Assembly: GCA_039698055.1 (NCBI GenBank)
Contig: JBDKTL010000025.1
Span: 1-38,644, forward strand
From: Methanoregula sp.
Lineage (GTDB): Archaea > Halobacteriota > Methanomicrobia > Methanomicrobiales > Methanospirillaceae
DNA: 38,644 nucleotides
Direction: 5' to 3'
A program made the translations under genes and the position numbers. The notes under the pieces are model-generated. The model was not told the DNA's origin. It saw only the letters and a program-made list of their open reading frames with translations, and searched no databases. This document shows, piece after piece, positions 27,589 through 37,384 of this stretch (position 1 is its first letter; each line of letters opens with the position of its first letter).

Positions 27589-27789
27589 AGGGTTACCTTC
27601 TCTTTGGTGTGTGAGATGATGAAGAGATGTTTTTTTAATAGCAGGGATTTTTTTCATGTGCCCTGAATACTGTAGCCGGCACCGCTTGTTCCGGTGTAAC
27701 AAACGGTTGAATATGCCGGCTCTCCCGTGGGTAATGTTGTCAGATTCCTGCAGGTCCGCGCTATATATGGCGGAAAAAACCAAAAAAAG

Positions 27790-28134
27790 TTACAGGTACC
27801 GGTTTTTGCGCAGCCAGTCAACCTGAGGCGGAAGATACCGGTAAATGATATCGCACTTATCGTCTTGGAAACTCCAAGGAGTTACAATTAACGTATCTCC
27901 TTCCCGTATCCAGACACGCTTTTTTATTTTCCCCTTGATCCTGCCCATGCGTGTAACGCCGTCAAAACAGCGCACGCGTATGTGGTTTGCCCCCATCATC
28001 AGATCTGCGGAAGCAAACATTTCATTTGCCCATTTCTTTGGCAGCCTGACCCGGACAAACGGCGTCCCGTCAGGATTTACTGCATTCGGATCGAAATCGT
28101 TACTATTGCCCTTTTTCTGATTATTACTGGTAAT
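27790..28134 (-). CDS. eif1A: Translation initiation factor aIF-1A, probable non-canonical ATT start
   Basis: RVRLP...NEMF...LMMGANHIRVRCFDG.TR.GRI.GK.KKRVWIREGD..IV.PW.FQD.K.DI.YRY. The frame is open upstream of 28020 to a TAG at 28174-28176 with no ATG/GTG/TTG. Confidence 0.93.
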   Translation of the reverse strand: MTSNNQKKGNSNDFDPNAVNPDGTPFVRVRLPKKWANEMFASADLMMGANHIRVRCFDGVTRMGRIKGKIKKRVWIREGDTLIVTPWSFQDDKCDIIYRYLPPQVDWLRKNRYL

Positions 28135-28448
28135 CCAAACAACTCCCTTGTTGTATACATATGGTGTCTGGCACTATTAACGTATGCCTCGTGAGACCCA
28201 GGTGGGGACGGGCGGAAAAGATGGGGGCAATCCATGGTTTTCCTGTGGCATGTGGCATCAATAGGTACAGATCAAGACCGTAAAAATAAAATGATCATGA
28301 ATAAATGTCCCACGTACCTGTTCTTTTACAGGCACTGGAATCCCTCCATCAACCTGGCCCGTCCACCCCTGCGTGGTCCCCAGCAGTGGATGTCCCGGTG
28401 AAGAACAGCAGGATACAGAAATGGAATGATGCAGGGGAGACATATGGC

Positions 28449-30332
28449 ATGTACCTGTCGCAGTATGGGGTAAAACGCAATCTGGCCTGGAACCTGGCAA
28501 TCGCCGGCACTGCATGTGCCACCCTTATTGCAAATTTCTGGGGACTTACCGCAGGCATTACCATGGTCATTCCTCATCTCCTCTATATCCCTGTCGTACT
28601 GGCTGCCTACCGGTATCCGCGTTGGGGCCTATACCTTTCAGCACTTATCGGTGGGATCTATTTCGTGATCGCATTTCTGCTGGTGGGAAACGATCCGTTC
28701 ATTGTTTTTGAGATATTCATCAGGACCCTTGTCATTATCCTCATCGGGGGGTTAATCGCTTTCCTGACGCTGCGGCTCCGGGAACACGAAAACCTGTACC
28801 GGGGGCTCTTTGACCATTCTGAAGCCGGGAGCATCCTTCTCACGGATAACGGAACCGGCCCGGTTATAGAAGATGTGAACTGGAAAGCAACTTATATTCT
28901 TAAAATGAAACAATCTGCACTGAAAGGAAAACCGCTCACGGTCTTTAGCAGCGGAGATCTCGTGCAGGAGATGTTTTCCCACATACATCAGAATGGAGCC
29001 GTCTTCACCCGGGAGGCAATCTTTACACCGGTGCATGGGGTACCGGTAAATGTGCTGGTTTCCCTTGCGGCACTTCACCGGGAGCGGTTTATCTTCACGT
29101 TTGTGGATATCACCAGCCTTGTCCGGACAGAGGAAGCGTTACGGGCGGCGAATGAAAAACTCAATCTTCTCTCCCGTATATCGACCGATTACCTCACCCA
29201 TACGGCAGATCGTATCTCCACAACTGTTGATGATGGGGTCGCCCGGTGCACCCACCCTGCTTCCATGAGCCTTTTTAAGAAGATCCAGAACCTCGTACAG
29301 GTTCTTACCCGCCAGCTCCAAATTGCGCAATCCTATAAAGATCTCGGCACTTCTTCCCCGGAATGGATCCCCGTCCAACGTGTCCTTGAAGGAGTCCGCT
29401 TTTTGGAGGCCGGCAGCATAGTTTCCATCAGATTCTGGACACAACGGCTTGAGATATTTGCCGATCCGCTTTTTAAAAGGGTTCTTTCCCATATTGCCGG
29501 GAATGCAATCCGCCATGGAGAAACGATCCAGAATCTCGTCGTTTCGTACCAGGAAACCGCTGATGGACTCGACCTGTTTTTTGAGGATGATGGTATCGGG
29601 GTCCCTCTCGAAAAGAAACAGCAGATTTTTAATTATGATGCAGGAGAGCACGCGGGAATCGGGCTCTTTATCTGCCGGCAGATTATCGCTGTAACCGGTA
29701 TGACCCTTTCAGAAATTGGGACCAAGGGGACCGGTGCCCGGTTTGTGATACATATCCCTCAAAAGGGGTACCGGATTGATACTGCCCGTGAAAATCCTCC
29801 TGTCCCGGAACACACTATCGATACGGCAGAACCCCTGCAGCGCGGAGTGCGGCATACAACCGGTGCAATGGTCCGGGAACTTTCGGCACCGGAGTTTACT
29901 ATTGCGGACACTTTATGGACCGGTTATCACCCGACAAAGGGAGATCCCCTGATGGACCGGATATTTATGGCATTCTCTGATGGGAATGCCGTATCGGTTG
30001 CCCGGTGCCGTAAACACCCGGATGGCTATGAAGTCGATGGCGTGTATACGCCGGTTGAGTACCGTGGTCATGGATTTGCCCATGCAGTGGTATGGGGTCT
30101 GGTTGAAGCATGCGGGCACGATACCCTCTATATGCACTCTATTAAGGATCTGACCGGGTTCTACAGTAAACATGGTTTTGTTCCCATCGATGAGCATGAA
30201 CTCCCGCCAACGATACAGGAACGTTATGCCTGGGCTCAGGGCGAGATGGAAGGTGCCGATGTATGTCCGATGAAACGGACGCCGGTTCCGGGCAGGGGCA
30301 TACCCGTCCCGGACACTGTTTTACGATCCTGA
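28449..30332 (+). CDS. Membrane sensor: TM - PAS - histidine-kinase-like/HATPase_c - GNAT fusion
   Basis: About four TM helices, PAS (YRGLFDHS...DIT), N/G1/G2 boxes (NAIRHG, DDGIG, GIGLFI) and C-terminal GNAT (YRGHGFA, FYSKHGF). Likely start 28449 after GGAG; ORF track gives 28305. Confidence 0.85.
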   Translation: MYLSQYGVKRNLAWNLAIAGTACATLIANFWGLTAGITMVIPHLLYIPVVLAAYRYPRWGLYLSALIGGIYFVIAFLLVGNDPFIVFEIFIRTLVIILIGGLIAFLTLRLREHENLYRGLFDHSEAGSILLTDNGTGPVIEDVNWKATYILKMKQSALKGKPLTVFSSGDLVQEMFSHIHQNGAVFTREAIFTPVHGVPVNVLVSLAALHRERFIFTFVDITSLVRTEEALRAANEKLNLLSRISTDYLTHTADRISTTVDDGVARCTHPASMSLFKKIQNLVQVLTRQLQIAQSYKDLGTSSPEWIPVQRVLEGVRFLEAGSIVSIRFWTQRLEIFADPLFKRVLSHIAGNAIRHGETIQNLVVSYQETADGLDLFFEDDGIGVPLEKKQQIFNYDAGEHAGIGLFICRQIIAVTGMTLSEIGTKGTGARFVIHIPQKGYRIDTARENPPVPEHTIDTAEPLQRGVRHTTGAMVRELSAPEFTIADTLWTGYHPTKGDPLMDRIFMAFSDGNAVSVARCRKHPDGYEVDGVYTPVEYRGHGFAHAVVWGLVEACGHDTLYMHSIKDLTGFYSKHGFVPIDEHELPPTIQERYAWAQGEMEGADVCPMKRTPVPGRGIPVPDTVLRS

Positions 30333-30405
30333 TAAAAAGAAGCAATCACTTTCTCCCTGCCCACCACACATCTTTTTAAACATCCCGGCGATTCATTGTC
30401 GTACC

Positions 30406-31593
30406 ATGATCATCGGCAAAGGCGCATACCTTAAACAGCTGACTGCCGCTACTGCGCAGATGAAATCAGTAGAGGTAGGTAAAGAGATGGAAGGCAGCTC
30501 ACCCCCCTCCGTCTTTGTTGGCAGCTGGAATTACCCGAATTTGTATGCCGGTCCGATGATTGCCCCCATGCATGGGAATACTGCGATCATGGACCAGCCT
30601 GAGTCATGGCTCGCACAGAATAAGACCCAATCGGAGATCATCGGGTACCGGATGAATCTTGTCCGGGGAAAGTATCCCGTATGTGCAACCGATATCAGTA
30701 CCCGGTTTGTGGAAAAACTCCAGGATATCGCACTGTCCGATGGATCTGTCGAGAGTGAAGCCGGCTTTGCCAACGCTCCAGCGGGAATCTCATTTTCTGA
30801 AGAACATACCCCGTTTGGGCCCAGTGCGGCACTTGAACATTTTGAGATCGAGAGTGGGAAATGGGACAGGAATCTTGAAAAAGTATATTATGATACTGAC
30901 CTCCTCGCGGCGGATGCAATCATTGGCCTTCACCGGCAGGGAGTCCCGTTTTCCGGTATCCAGAAGGCTTTTTCGGTCGGGACGATGGGCAGGACCAAAG
31001 GCCGGCGTCTTGTTCCCACACGGTGGTCGATTACAGCTTGCGATACGATGATTGGCGATCATCTTCTTAATGAGGTGAAAAAATACCCGGTGATCGATAG
31101 TTTCCGGCTTCACGAATTCTCAAGCCTTCACAACAACTATGCTGTACTCCTGATGCCTACCGGCTGGCAGTATGAATGGAGTGAAGCATTCCTGCATGTG
31201 CTGGGAAACGAAGAATATGTTTTCTCTGATCATGAAGGCCATGCGAAAAAGAAAGGGTACTCCCCTCTTGGCGGGTGCTATTACTCCTGCAAGATGGCAG
31301 TTCTTGAAGCCCTTGCACGGGAACAGAAACAGGCCGGGGCGATTATCCTGCGCGAAGCACTTCCGGGCTATGTGCCTATGGGAGTGTTCAATGTCCGGGA
31401 GAATGTAAGAAGCGCAATGAACCAGCCGGGACAGGAATTCGAAGATATCCGCTCGGCACTCTCGTATGTGGCAGGGAACTTTACCCTGCCGGTCTCGAGA
31501 TTCATTGAAGAAGGAGCACTCCTTCGGGAAAGTATCCGTCAGCGGCAGAGCACGCTTAGTGATTTTCTCTCATGCGTTGCACCAGCCTGCTGA
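30406..31593 (+). CDS. Nre-family archaeal DNA repair protein
   Basis: [31 protein letters not shown] and P.GV..VRE.VR motifs, C-terminal PIP-like QSTLSDF. Confidence 0.88.
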   Translation: MIIGKGAYLKQLTAATAQMKSVEVGKEMEGSSPPSVFVGSWNYPNLYAGPMIAPMHGNTAIMDQPESWLAQNKTQSEIIGYRMNLVRGKYPVCATDISTRFVEKLQDIALSDGSVESEAGFANAPAGISFSEEHTPFGPSAALEHFEIESGKWDRNLEKVYYDTDLLAADAIIGLHRQGVPFSGIQKAFSVGTMGRTKGRRLVPTRWSITACDTMIGDHLLNEVKKYPVIDSFRLHEFSSLHNNYAVLLMPTGWQYEWSEAFLHVLGNEEYVFSDHEGHAKKKGYSPLGGCYYSCKMAVLEALAREQKQAGAIILREALPGYVPMGVFNVRENVRSAMNQPGQEFEDIRSALSYVAGNFTLPVSRFIEEGALLRESIRQRQSTLSDFLSCVAPAC

Positions 31594-31664
31594 TAACCTG
31601 GTCCTCTGTTAGAAACAAAACCCCCTCAATCATGCTGTTGTCAGATAATGATGCAGGAATAACG

Positions 31665-32726
31665 ATGCAACGGATTATTCTGCACCTCGATATGGACAGT
31701 TTCTACGCATCAGTCGAGATGCATGAACATCCGGATCTCAGGGGCAAACCGCTCGTCATCGGGGCAGATCCCCGGCAGGGAACTGGGCGCGGTGTCGTAT
31801 GCACCTGCTCGTATGAAGCAAGAGTATCGGGCATCCATTCCGCGATGCCGGTGTCACAGGCATATTCCCTTTGTCCGGATGCGATATTTCTCCCGCCCCG
31901 CTTTCCGCTCTATATCTGTACATCAGAACAGGTCATGAACATCGTCAGGTCATCAGGATTCCCCTTGCAGCAGGTCAGTATCGATGAGGCATTTCTCGAT
32001 TTGAGTTCCCTTTCAGGATATGCTGCGGCAAAGGTATTCGCACAGCAGATCAAAGCGGAGATTGAAAAAACCCTTGGTATTACCTGTTCTGTTGGTATTG
32101 CACCGACAAAGATTGTAGCGAAGATCGCGTCAGACTACCAGAAACCCGACGGCCTGACGGTGATTGAACCTGAAGATGTTATTTCGTTTCTTGCACCGCT
32201 TGCTGTACGGAAGATTCCCGGTATCGGTGCAAAGACCGACACCACCCTTCATGAAATGGGGATCCGGACCATTGGAGATCTCGCCGCGTTCGATGTTCAG
32301 GCGCTCATCGGAAAGTTTGGGAATTCAGGAATTGCAATGCACGCTGTTGCAACCGGTATTGATGACAGTGAGGTTGTCGAGCGGGATGGCAGCAGATCCG
32401 TGTCACGGATGACCACGTTTGCCGAGGATACCGATGATACCGTGCTGCTCGCTGAAACGATGAGCAGTCTTGCGGATGAATTATACCGGACGCTCAAAAA
32501 AGAAGGATTCAGGTTCAAAACGCTGACGGTTACCGTGCGGTATACAGGCTTCATTACCAAAACCAAAGCAAAAACATTTCCTCATTCCACCGATGATGAG
32601 GCTGTAATCCAATCAGGCGCCCAGGCACTTCTCCGGAACCTGTTTGACGGCAGGAAAATCCGGCTGATTGGACTCCGGTTGTCAACGCTTGAGAAGCATG
32701 ACCCCCGCCAGACAACCCTGTTCTGA
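31665..32726 (+). CDS. dinB: DNA polymerase IV (Y family)
   Basis: HLDMDSFYASVE, SYEAR..G, SIDEAFLD, AKIASD..KPDG, IPGIG, IRLIGL. Likely start 31665. Confidence 0.95.
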   Translation: MQRIILHLDMDSFYASVEMHEHPDLRGKPLVIGADPRQGTGRGVVCTCSYEARVSGIHSAMPVSQAYSLCPDAIFLPPRFPLYICTSEQVMNIVRSSGFPLQQVSIDEAFLDLSSLSGYAAAKVFAQQIKAEIEKTLGITCSVGIAPTKIVAKIASDYQKPDGLTVIEPEDVISFLAPLAVRKIPGIGAKTDTTLHEMGIRTIGDLAAFDVQALIGKFGNSGIAMHAVATGIDDSEVVERDGSRSVSRMTTFAEDTDDTVLLAETMSSLADELYRTLKKEGFRFKTLTVTVRYTGFITKTKAKTFPHSTDDEAVIQSGAQALLRNLFDGRKIRLIGLRLSTLEKHDPRQTTLF

Positions 32727-32853
32727 TACAACGAGCGGATCTCCTGTAATCGCGTTTCCCGTGCTCTCCCTGCAGGAAAAATCCTGGGATTTCTTTGGGC
32801 ATACATAACAGTCTTTATTGCCGTTCTCGGACAAAATGGGAAGTGAATTGAAC

Positions 32854-33714
32854 ATGCTCCCCGGAGAATCCCAATCACCCCCGGAATACTCGTATAAACA
32901 GAGAATCTACGAGGTTCTTGAGAGTAAAACGCTTATCCTTCCTGCCGGGCGGTTCATTGCCGGTTCCCTGACACTCCTGATTTTCCTCAACGTGATAGCA
33001 GCTGTCATTGAAACGGATAATGGCCTTTTCACCAGTTACGCTCCATCGTTTGATGCGTTTGCCATGTTCTCTGTTGGCGTATTTACCATTGAATATGTCC
33101 TTCGGGTCTGGGTATGCACCAGTAATCCCCGGTACAGTGCGCCCGTTACCGGGAGACTGCGGTACATGGCGTCCCCGGTAGCAATCATCGATCTTGTTGT
33201 CATCATACCTTTTTTCCTGCTGCCGTTCCTGACAGGCTTTCCCGGGGTATTCAAATTTATCCGGTTTTTCCGCATCTTCTGGATTGTGAAACTGACTCAC
33301 TACTCGCGTTCGCTTAAAACGTTCGGGCGCGTATTCATCGCAAAAAAAGGTGATATCTTTACAGCCTTTTTTGTCATGATTGTGCTTTTAATCATCTCCT
33401 CGTCCCTGATGTTTTTTGCAGAACGTGCTGCACAACCGACAAAATTCTCCAGTGTTCTCGCATCCATGTGGTGGGGGGTTGAGACGCTGACTACCATCGG
33501 GTATGGGGATATGGTTCCGGTGACCCCGTTAGGAAAACTGATAGGCGGGATGGTGATGATGATGGGCGTCGGCCTGTTTGCCCTGCCTGCCGGTATTTTT
33601 GCATCCGGTTTTTTTGAGGAGCGCAACCGGCAACGGGAACTCCACCGCGATGAAAAAACGGTCTGCCCGCATTGTGGCAAGGATATTCACGATGCACCCC
33701 CAAAAAATCAGTAG
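32854..33714 (+). CDS. Six-TM voltage-gated-type potassium channel
   Basis: WW...TLTTIGYGD selectivity filter, S4-like KxxRxxR, C-terminal CPHCG. Confidence 0.92.
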   Translation: MLPGESQSPPEYSYKQRIYEVLESKTLILPAGRFIAGSLTLLIFLNVIAAVIETDNGLFTSYAPSFDAFAMFSVGVFTIEYVLRVWVCTSNPRYSAPVTGRLRYMASPVAIIDLVVIIPFFLLPFLTGFPGVFKFIRFFRIFWIVKLTHYSRSLKTFGRVFIAKKGDIFTAFFVMIVLLIISSSLMFFAERAAQPTKFSSVLASMWWGVETLTTIGYGDMVPVTPLGKLIGGMVMMMGVGLFALPAGIFASGFFEERNRQRELHRDEKTVCPHCGKDIHDAPPKNQ

Positions 33715-34080
33715 AAACTAGAATATCGTCTTTTATCCGGCATTTTCCGTAATTCCCGACGTTTCCGTACGGGGACGCGCACCCTTTTATTGTAATCTGG
33801 CGGACGAATTTTTCGGGATATTCCCGACAATGCAGGTATGATGGTTGTTTTTGCCGGTTATCGTGCCAGTATCCCCGTTTGGACAAAAATCTGCATGCGT
33901 TTCCTGTCACATGACGACACAGGATTTCTCTCTATGTTATTTTTTCATCTGTTGTTGGGTTTTCCGTGTACCGGTATTATCATTATCTCATTTTTTTTCT
34001 AATGAATGGAAATAAAAAGGGGAACGACCATTGTTGCCTATAGGCACCGCAGTGACGTAGTGCCGGGAGACTGAAAGATC

Positions 34081-35580
34081 ATGCAGGATATTATCAAAAA
34101 AATGATCGCAGAGGCAATGGCTGCACAGCATGCCGATGTGAACATGATAAAAAAGAAACGCGGGCAGTCGTTTGTCATCAACGACACAAAAGTGTACGTC
34201 GACGCTGTCAAAGGCATGAAAGCCATCGGGGAACAATCAAAAGCAGTATTCCAGTTGCATACCGATTCAGTCAATGCGCATTATACTACGTTAAACAATC
34301 TTGCCACTACCGTCCGCCCCGAAGACGATCCCTTTGTCGAACATTACCAGACCCCGGTGATCATGGAGATGCTCTACGAGGCGGATCCGTCCTTCAGGAA
34401 GAGTGTCGATGTGTTTATCAAAGGTGTGGGTAAGGCAGAAGCCCTCATCGGAAAAGAATCTGCACGGAGATATGCCGGCTATTATGGCCCTACCTGTGTC
34501 GTGGACTTTGCCCTTATCCCGGGCAGCAGCAGCAATATCGTCAACCAGATCTTAAAGACTGTCGATATACCGGTTGCCCACAAACAAGCGATTCTGGCAT
34601 CCAAGTCGTGGGGAATGAATACCTCGTATGGCTTTGGCGATGTGTTTGCCCATGCGGTCGAGAATGGCAAAACCCTTGCAGATGCGGTAAAAATGGAAGT
34701 GGCGATGATCCAGTCCATCTATGACACTCCCGTAGCAGCGCAGGCAAAACTGATGGACGATGTCGGCCAGTCCTCGTTTGACTGCCGTAAATACATGGCA
34801 GATTACAAAAAGAAGATGTCCGGTGCGGTAAAGGCATCGCTGGACGAAAAGATCCACTATGCAAATATCGTTACGATTCCCGCCTATTGTGTAGGAGATA
34901 TCGCACACCACATCGCCCAGTCTACCTTCAACATGTGCAAGGATGATGTGATCATGGCCGTGATTGAGTCGGTGACTGAAGTAATGGAAAAGACGCTTCA
35001 TGCTGCAGCACACAAGATGAAGAGCGAATACGATGCCCTGTCGCTTGCAACCGGTGCATCGGCAAGCGCTGCCGAATATATCCTCGAACTTGACGGGTTC
35101 AATGCCATCATGGTCGTGGATATGCTCACGAAACGGTACCATAACTATGTCCAGCTCTATCCCCAGCGTGGTGCGGCAGTCGAGCTTCACAACTGCGATT
35201 TCATGGACATGATCTATCGAGGGTGGAAGTATGTTGACAAGGCACGCCGCTCGCAGGCATCCGGTGATGGCATCATGAAACCCAAAGTCGGAGGTTTTGA
35301 CGTTGACCTGTCCCCCATCCTGAAGAATGATGTGATGGCAAACCCGCAACGATATGCCTACCCGGCATGTGCCATGACGGTGCGGTTCTCGGCCATGATG
35401 CGTCTTGCTGACTACCCGTGCCTGCTGACGAGCGAGCCCATCACCGCCACCATGATGACCAATATCATCGCCCTGCACAAAGACACTCCCGCTGCCCCGG
35501 CCCGGATCTGCAAGGACTGTGCCTCTGCTGCACTGATGGATTTCCGCCATCATTACTGCCAGTGGAAAGAGGCGGTCTGA
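34081..35580 (+). CDS. DUF2193-family protein (methanogen-associated, Cys-containing)
   Basis: 499 aa. VRPEDDPFVEHYQTP, YGPTCVVDFA, KSWGMNTSYG, NPQRYAYPAC and C-terminal CxxC-x12-C. Confidence 0.85.
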   Translation: MQDIIKKMIAEAMAAQHADVNMIKKKRGQSFVINDTKVYVDAVKGMKAIGEQSKAVFQLHTDSVNAHYTTLNNLATTVRPEDDPFVEHYQTPVIMEMLYEADPSFRKSVDVFIKGVGKAEALIGKESARRYAGYYGPTCVVDFALIPGSSSNIVNQILKTVDIPVAHKQAILASKSWGMNTSYGFGDVFAHAVENGKTLADAVKMEVAMIQSIYDTPVAAQAKLMDDVGQSSFDCRKYMADYKKKMSGAVKASLDEKIHYANIVTIPAYCVGDIAHHIAQSTFNMCKDDVIMAVIESVTEVMEKTLHAAAHKMKSEYDALSLATGASASAAEYILELDGFNAIMVVDMLTKRYHNYVQLYPQRGAAVELHNCDFMDMIYRGWKYVDKARRSQASGDGIMKPKVGGFDVDLSPILKNDVMANPQRYAYPACAMTVRFSAMMRLADYPCLLTSEPITATMMTNIIALHKDTPAAPARICKDCASAALMDFRHHYCQWKEAV

Positions 35581-35612
35581 TCCTGCGTATCCTGTACAGG
35601 TGAGGTGAAGAA

Positions 35613-35825
35613 ATGAAATGTTACGTCTGTGCAAAAGAAGGAAAGGACAGTGATGCGGTTGCGGTCTGTACGGTATGTGGAATGGGTACCTGCATGAACC
35701 ATACCATCCGCAGGGATGTTGATGTGTGGGAAGGCGGCTATCCTTTCCCGTCAAAAAAACTGCCAAAGAAAATCCCACGGATGCTCTGCCCTGACTGCAA
35801 TGTGATGTATAGCGAGGGAAAATAA
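35613..35825 (+). CDS. DUF2180-family small Cys-rich metal-binding protein
   Basis: MKCYVC...AVAVCTVCGMGTCMNH...GGYPFP...LCPDC. GAGGTG RBS. Confidence 0.85.
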   Translation: MKCYVCAKEGKDSDAVAVCTVCGMGTCMNHTIRRDVDVWEGGYPFPSKKLPKKIPRMLCPDCNVMYSEGK

Positions 35826-36566
35826 ATGGCATCCCTGTCAGCGCGATGCATGGCTGAAGGCGTCGGAACGCTGCTCCTCGTGTACTTTGGTGCCGGGGCA
35901 GCGGCGATTACGCTCATGCTCGCTGTGGGGTCAACACCTGCAACGCCGTTTAATATCGGTATAGGACAGCTCGGTGGGCTTGGTGACTGGCTTGCTATCG
36001 GTATGGCCTTTGCCATCATCATCGCGGCGGTTATCTATGCCCTCGGCCGGGTCTCCGGCGCCCATATCAACCCGGCGGTAACGATTGCGCTCTGGGCGAC
36101 GAAACGGTTTCCCGCAAATGAGGCTGTCGGGTATATTATCGCCCAGTGTATCGGTGCCGCATGCGGCAGCCTGCTCTTTGCCATGACGGCTGGTATGAAC
36201 GCGGTTACGGTCGGGGGGCTTGGTGCAACGACACCGTTCCCGGGCATCGGGTACGGGCAGGCTGTCCTTGCCGAAGTGATCGGGACGTTTGTCCTGATGC
36301 TGGTTATCATGGGTGTCGCGGTTGACAAACGTGCCCCGACGGGTTTTGCCGGGCTGGTCATCGGTCTTACTGCGGGGGGTGTGATTACGACCCTCGGAAA
36401 CCTGTCCGGGGCATCGCTCAACACCGCCCGTACTTTCGGTCCGTACCTGATAGACTGGGTTCTTGGCGGCCCCAACCTCTGGATGTATTTCCCGATCTAT
36501 ATCATTGGCCCCATTTTCGGCGCGGTACTGGCCGCATTTTTCTACGATAAGATTACTGCGGAGTAA
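35826..36566 (+). CDS. aqpM: MIP-family channel, archaeal aquaporin AqpM type
   Basis: AE..GT..L, GIG.LGGLGDW, SGAHINPAVT, GASLNTARTFGP. Starts directly after the DUF2180 stop. Confidence 0.9.
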   Translation: MASLSARCMAEGVGTLLLVYFGAGAAAITLMLAVGSTPATPFNIGIGQLGGLGDWLAIGMAFAIIIAAVIYALGRVSGAHINPAVTIALWATKRFPANEAVGYIIAQCIGAACGSLLFAMTAGMNAVTVGGLGATTPFPGIGYGQAVLAEVIGTFVLMLVIMGVAVDKRAPTGFAGLVIGLTAGGVITTLGNLSGASLNTARTFGPYLIDWVLGGPNLWMYFPIYIIGPIFGAVLAAFFYDKITAE

Positions 36567-36619
36567 CCAGAACCTGCCGGATACAAAACGGCCCTCATTT
36601 TTTTATATCGCTGTCTGGT

Positions 36620-37384
36620 TCATTCCAGCGTATTGTCACGGGCGGATGCGTTTTTTTGGCTGACCGCGGGAATGAGTCCAAGTACCATCAGGGAAAAACC
36701 CGCACTGACAAATGTGCCAATTACGTTGAGGACCGGAATGGTGGGGAAGAGTGTTTCACGCAAGGGGTAGATCATGAATGCCAGGCAGAAAAGGGCAGTT
36801 CCTGCGAGGATAAGCGGGTAGTCCTGGACTGAATGAATAAGCCCGATGATGAGGAGCGAACCGCAGCCAAAGAAGTAGAGGAAAGTCATGAGTGTCTGCG
36901 GGTTGATCCCGTACGCAATAATAATTGCAAGCGGCACAAGGAATGTCACTGCAAGTAGCGATAGCAGAACCGATCCTCTCACCTGTTTTCGCGTGAATGC
37001 GTGTTGGTAAACTACGGTGAGAAGAAAAATCGATGCAATCATGCCGATATCTATCAGGCTGGGGAATACATCGTTTCTCTTTCCAAGCATTATATTCACG
37101 TACCACACGATGTTGGATGCCGCCCAGAGTCCAAAAGCTCCTGTCGCATAGAGCATGCAATCCTGCCGGCCGAAGCGGAAATAGGCATATACGAATGCCA
37201 GCGATCCGGCAACAGCTGTAAAGATCTGGAGTTCGTTACTGATCGCAAGGAATGCCGTTGAGGGCAGAAGTACAATAGTCAGGGCAAGCGCCACAGCCAC
37301 GCCAAGAAACGCCCCGAACACGCCATGGATGATTCGCAGCGGGAGATCGAGAGGAGTTGATACCGATAAAACCGGATCTGTCAT
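36620..37384 (-). CDS. Hypothetical polytopic membrane protein
   Basis: 254 aa, about eight hydrophobic helices, W..SN..W and FPSL.D motifs. Confidence 0.75.
   Translation of the reverse strand: MTDPVLSVSTPLDLPLRIIHGVFGAFLGVAVALALTIVLLPSTAFLAISNELQIFTAVAGSLAFVYAYFRFGRQDCMLYATGAFGLWAASNIVWYVNIMLGKRNDVFPSLIDIGMIASIFLLTVVYQHAFTRKQVRGSVLLSLLAVTFLVPLAIIIAYGINPQTLMTFLYFFGCGSLLIIGLIHSVQDYPLILAGTALFCLAFMIYPLRETLFPTIPVLNVIGTFVSAGFSLMVLGLIPAVSQKNASARDNTLE

Noticed and set aside
34552-35832. 426-aa minus-strand ORF
   Set aside because: Antisense shadow of the DUF2193 and DUF2180 genes, with no motifs.
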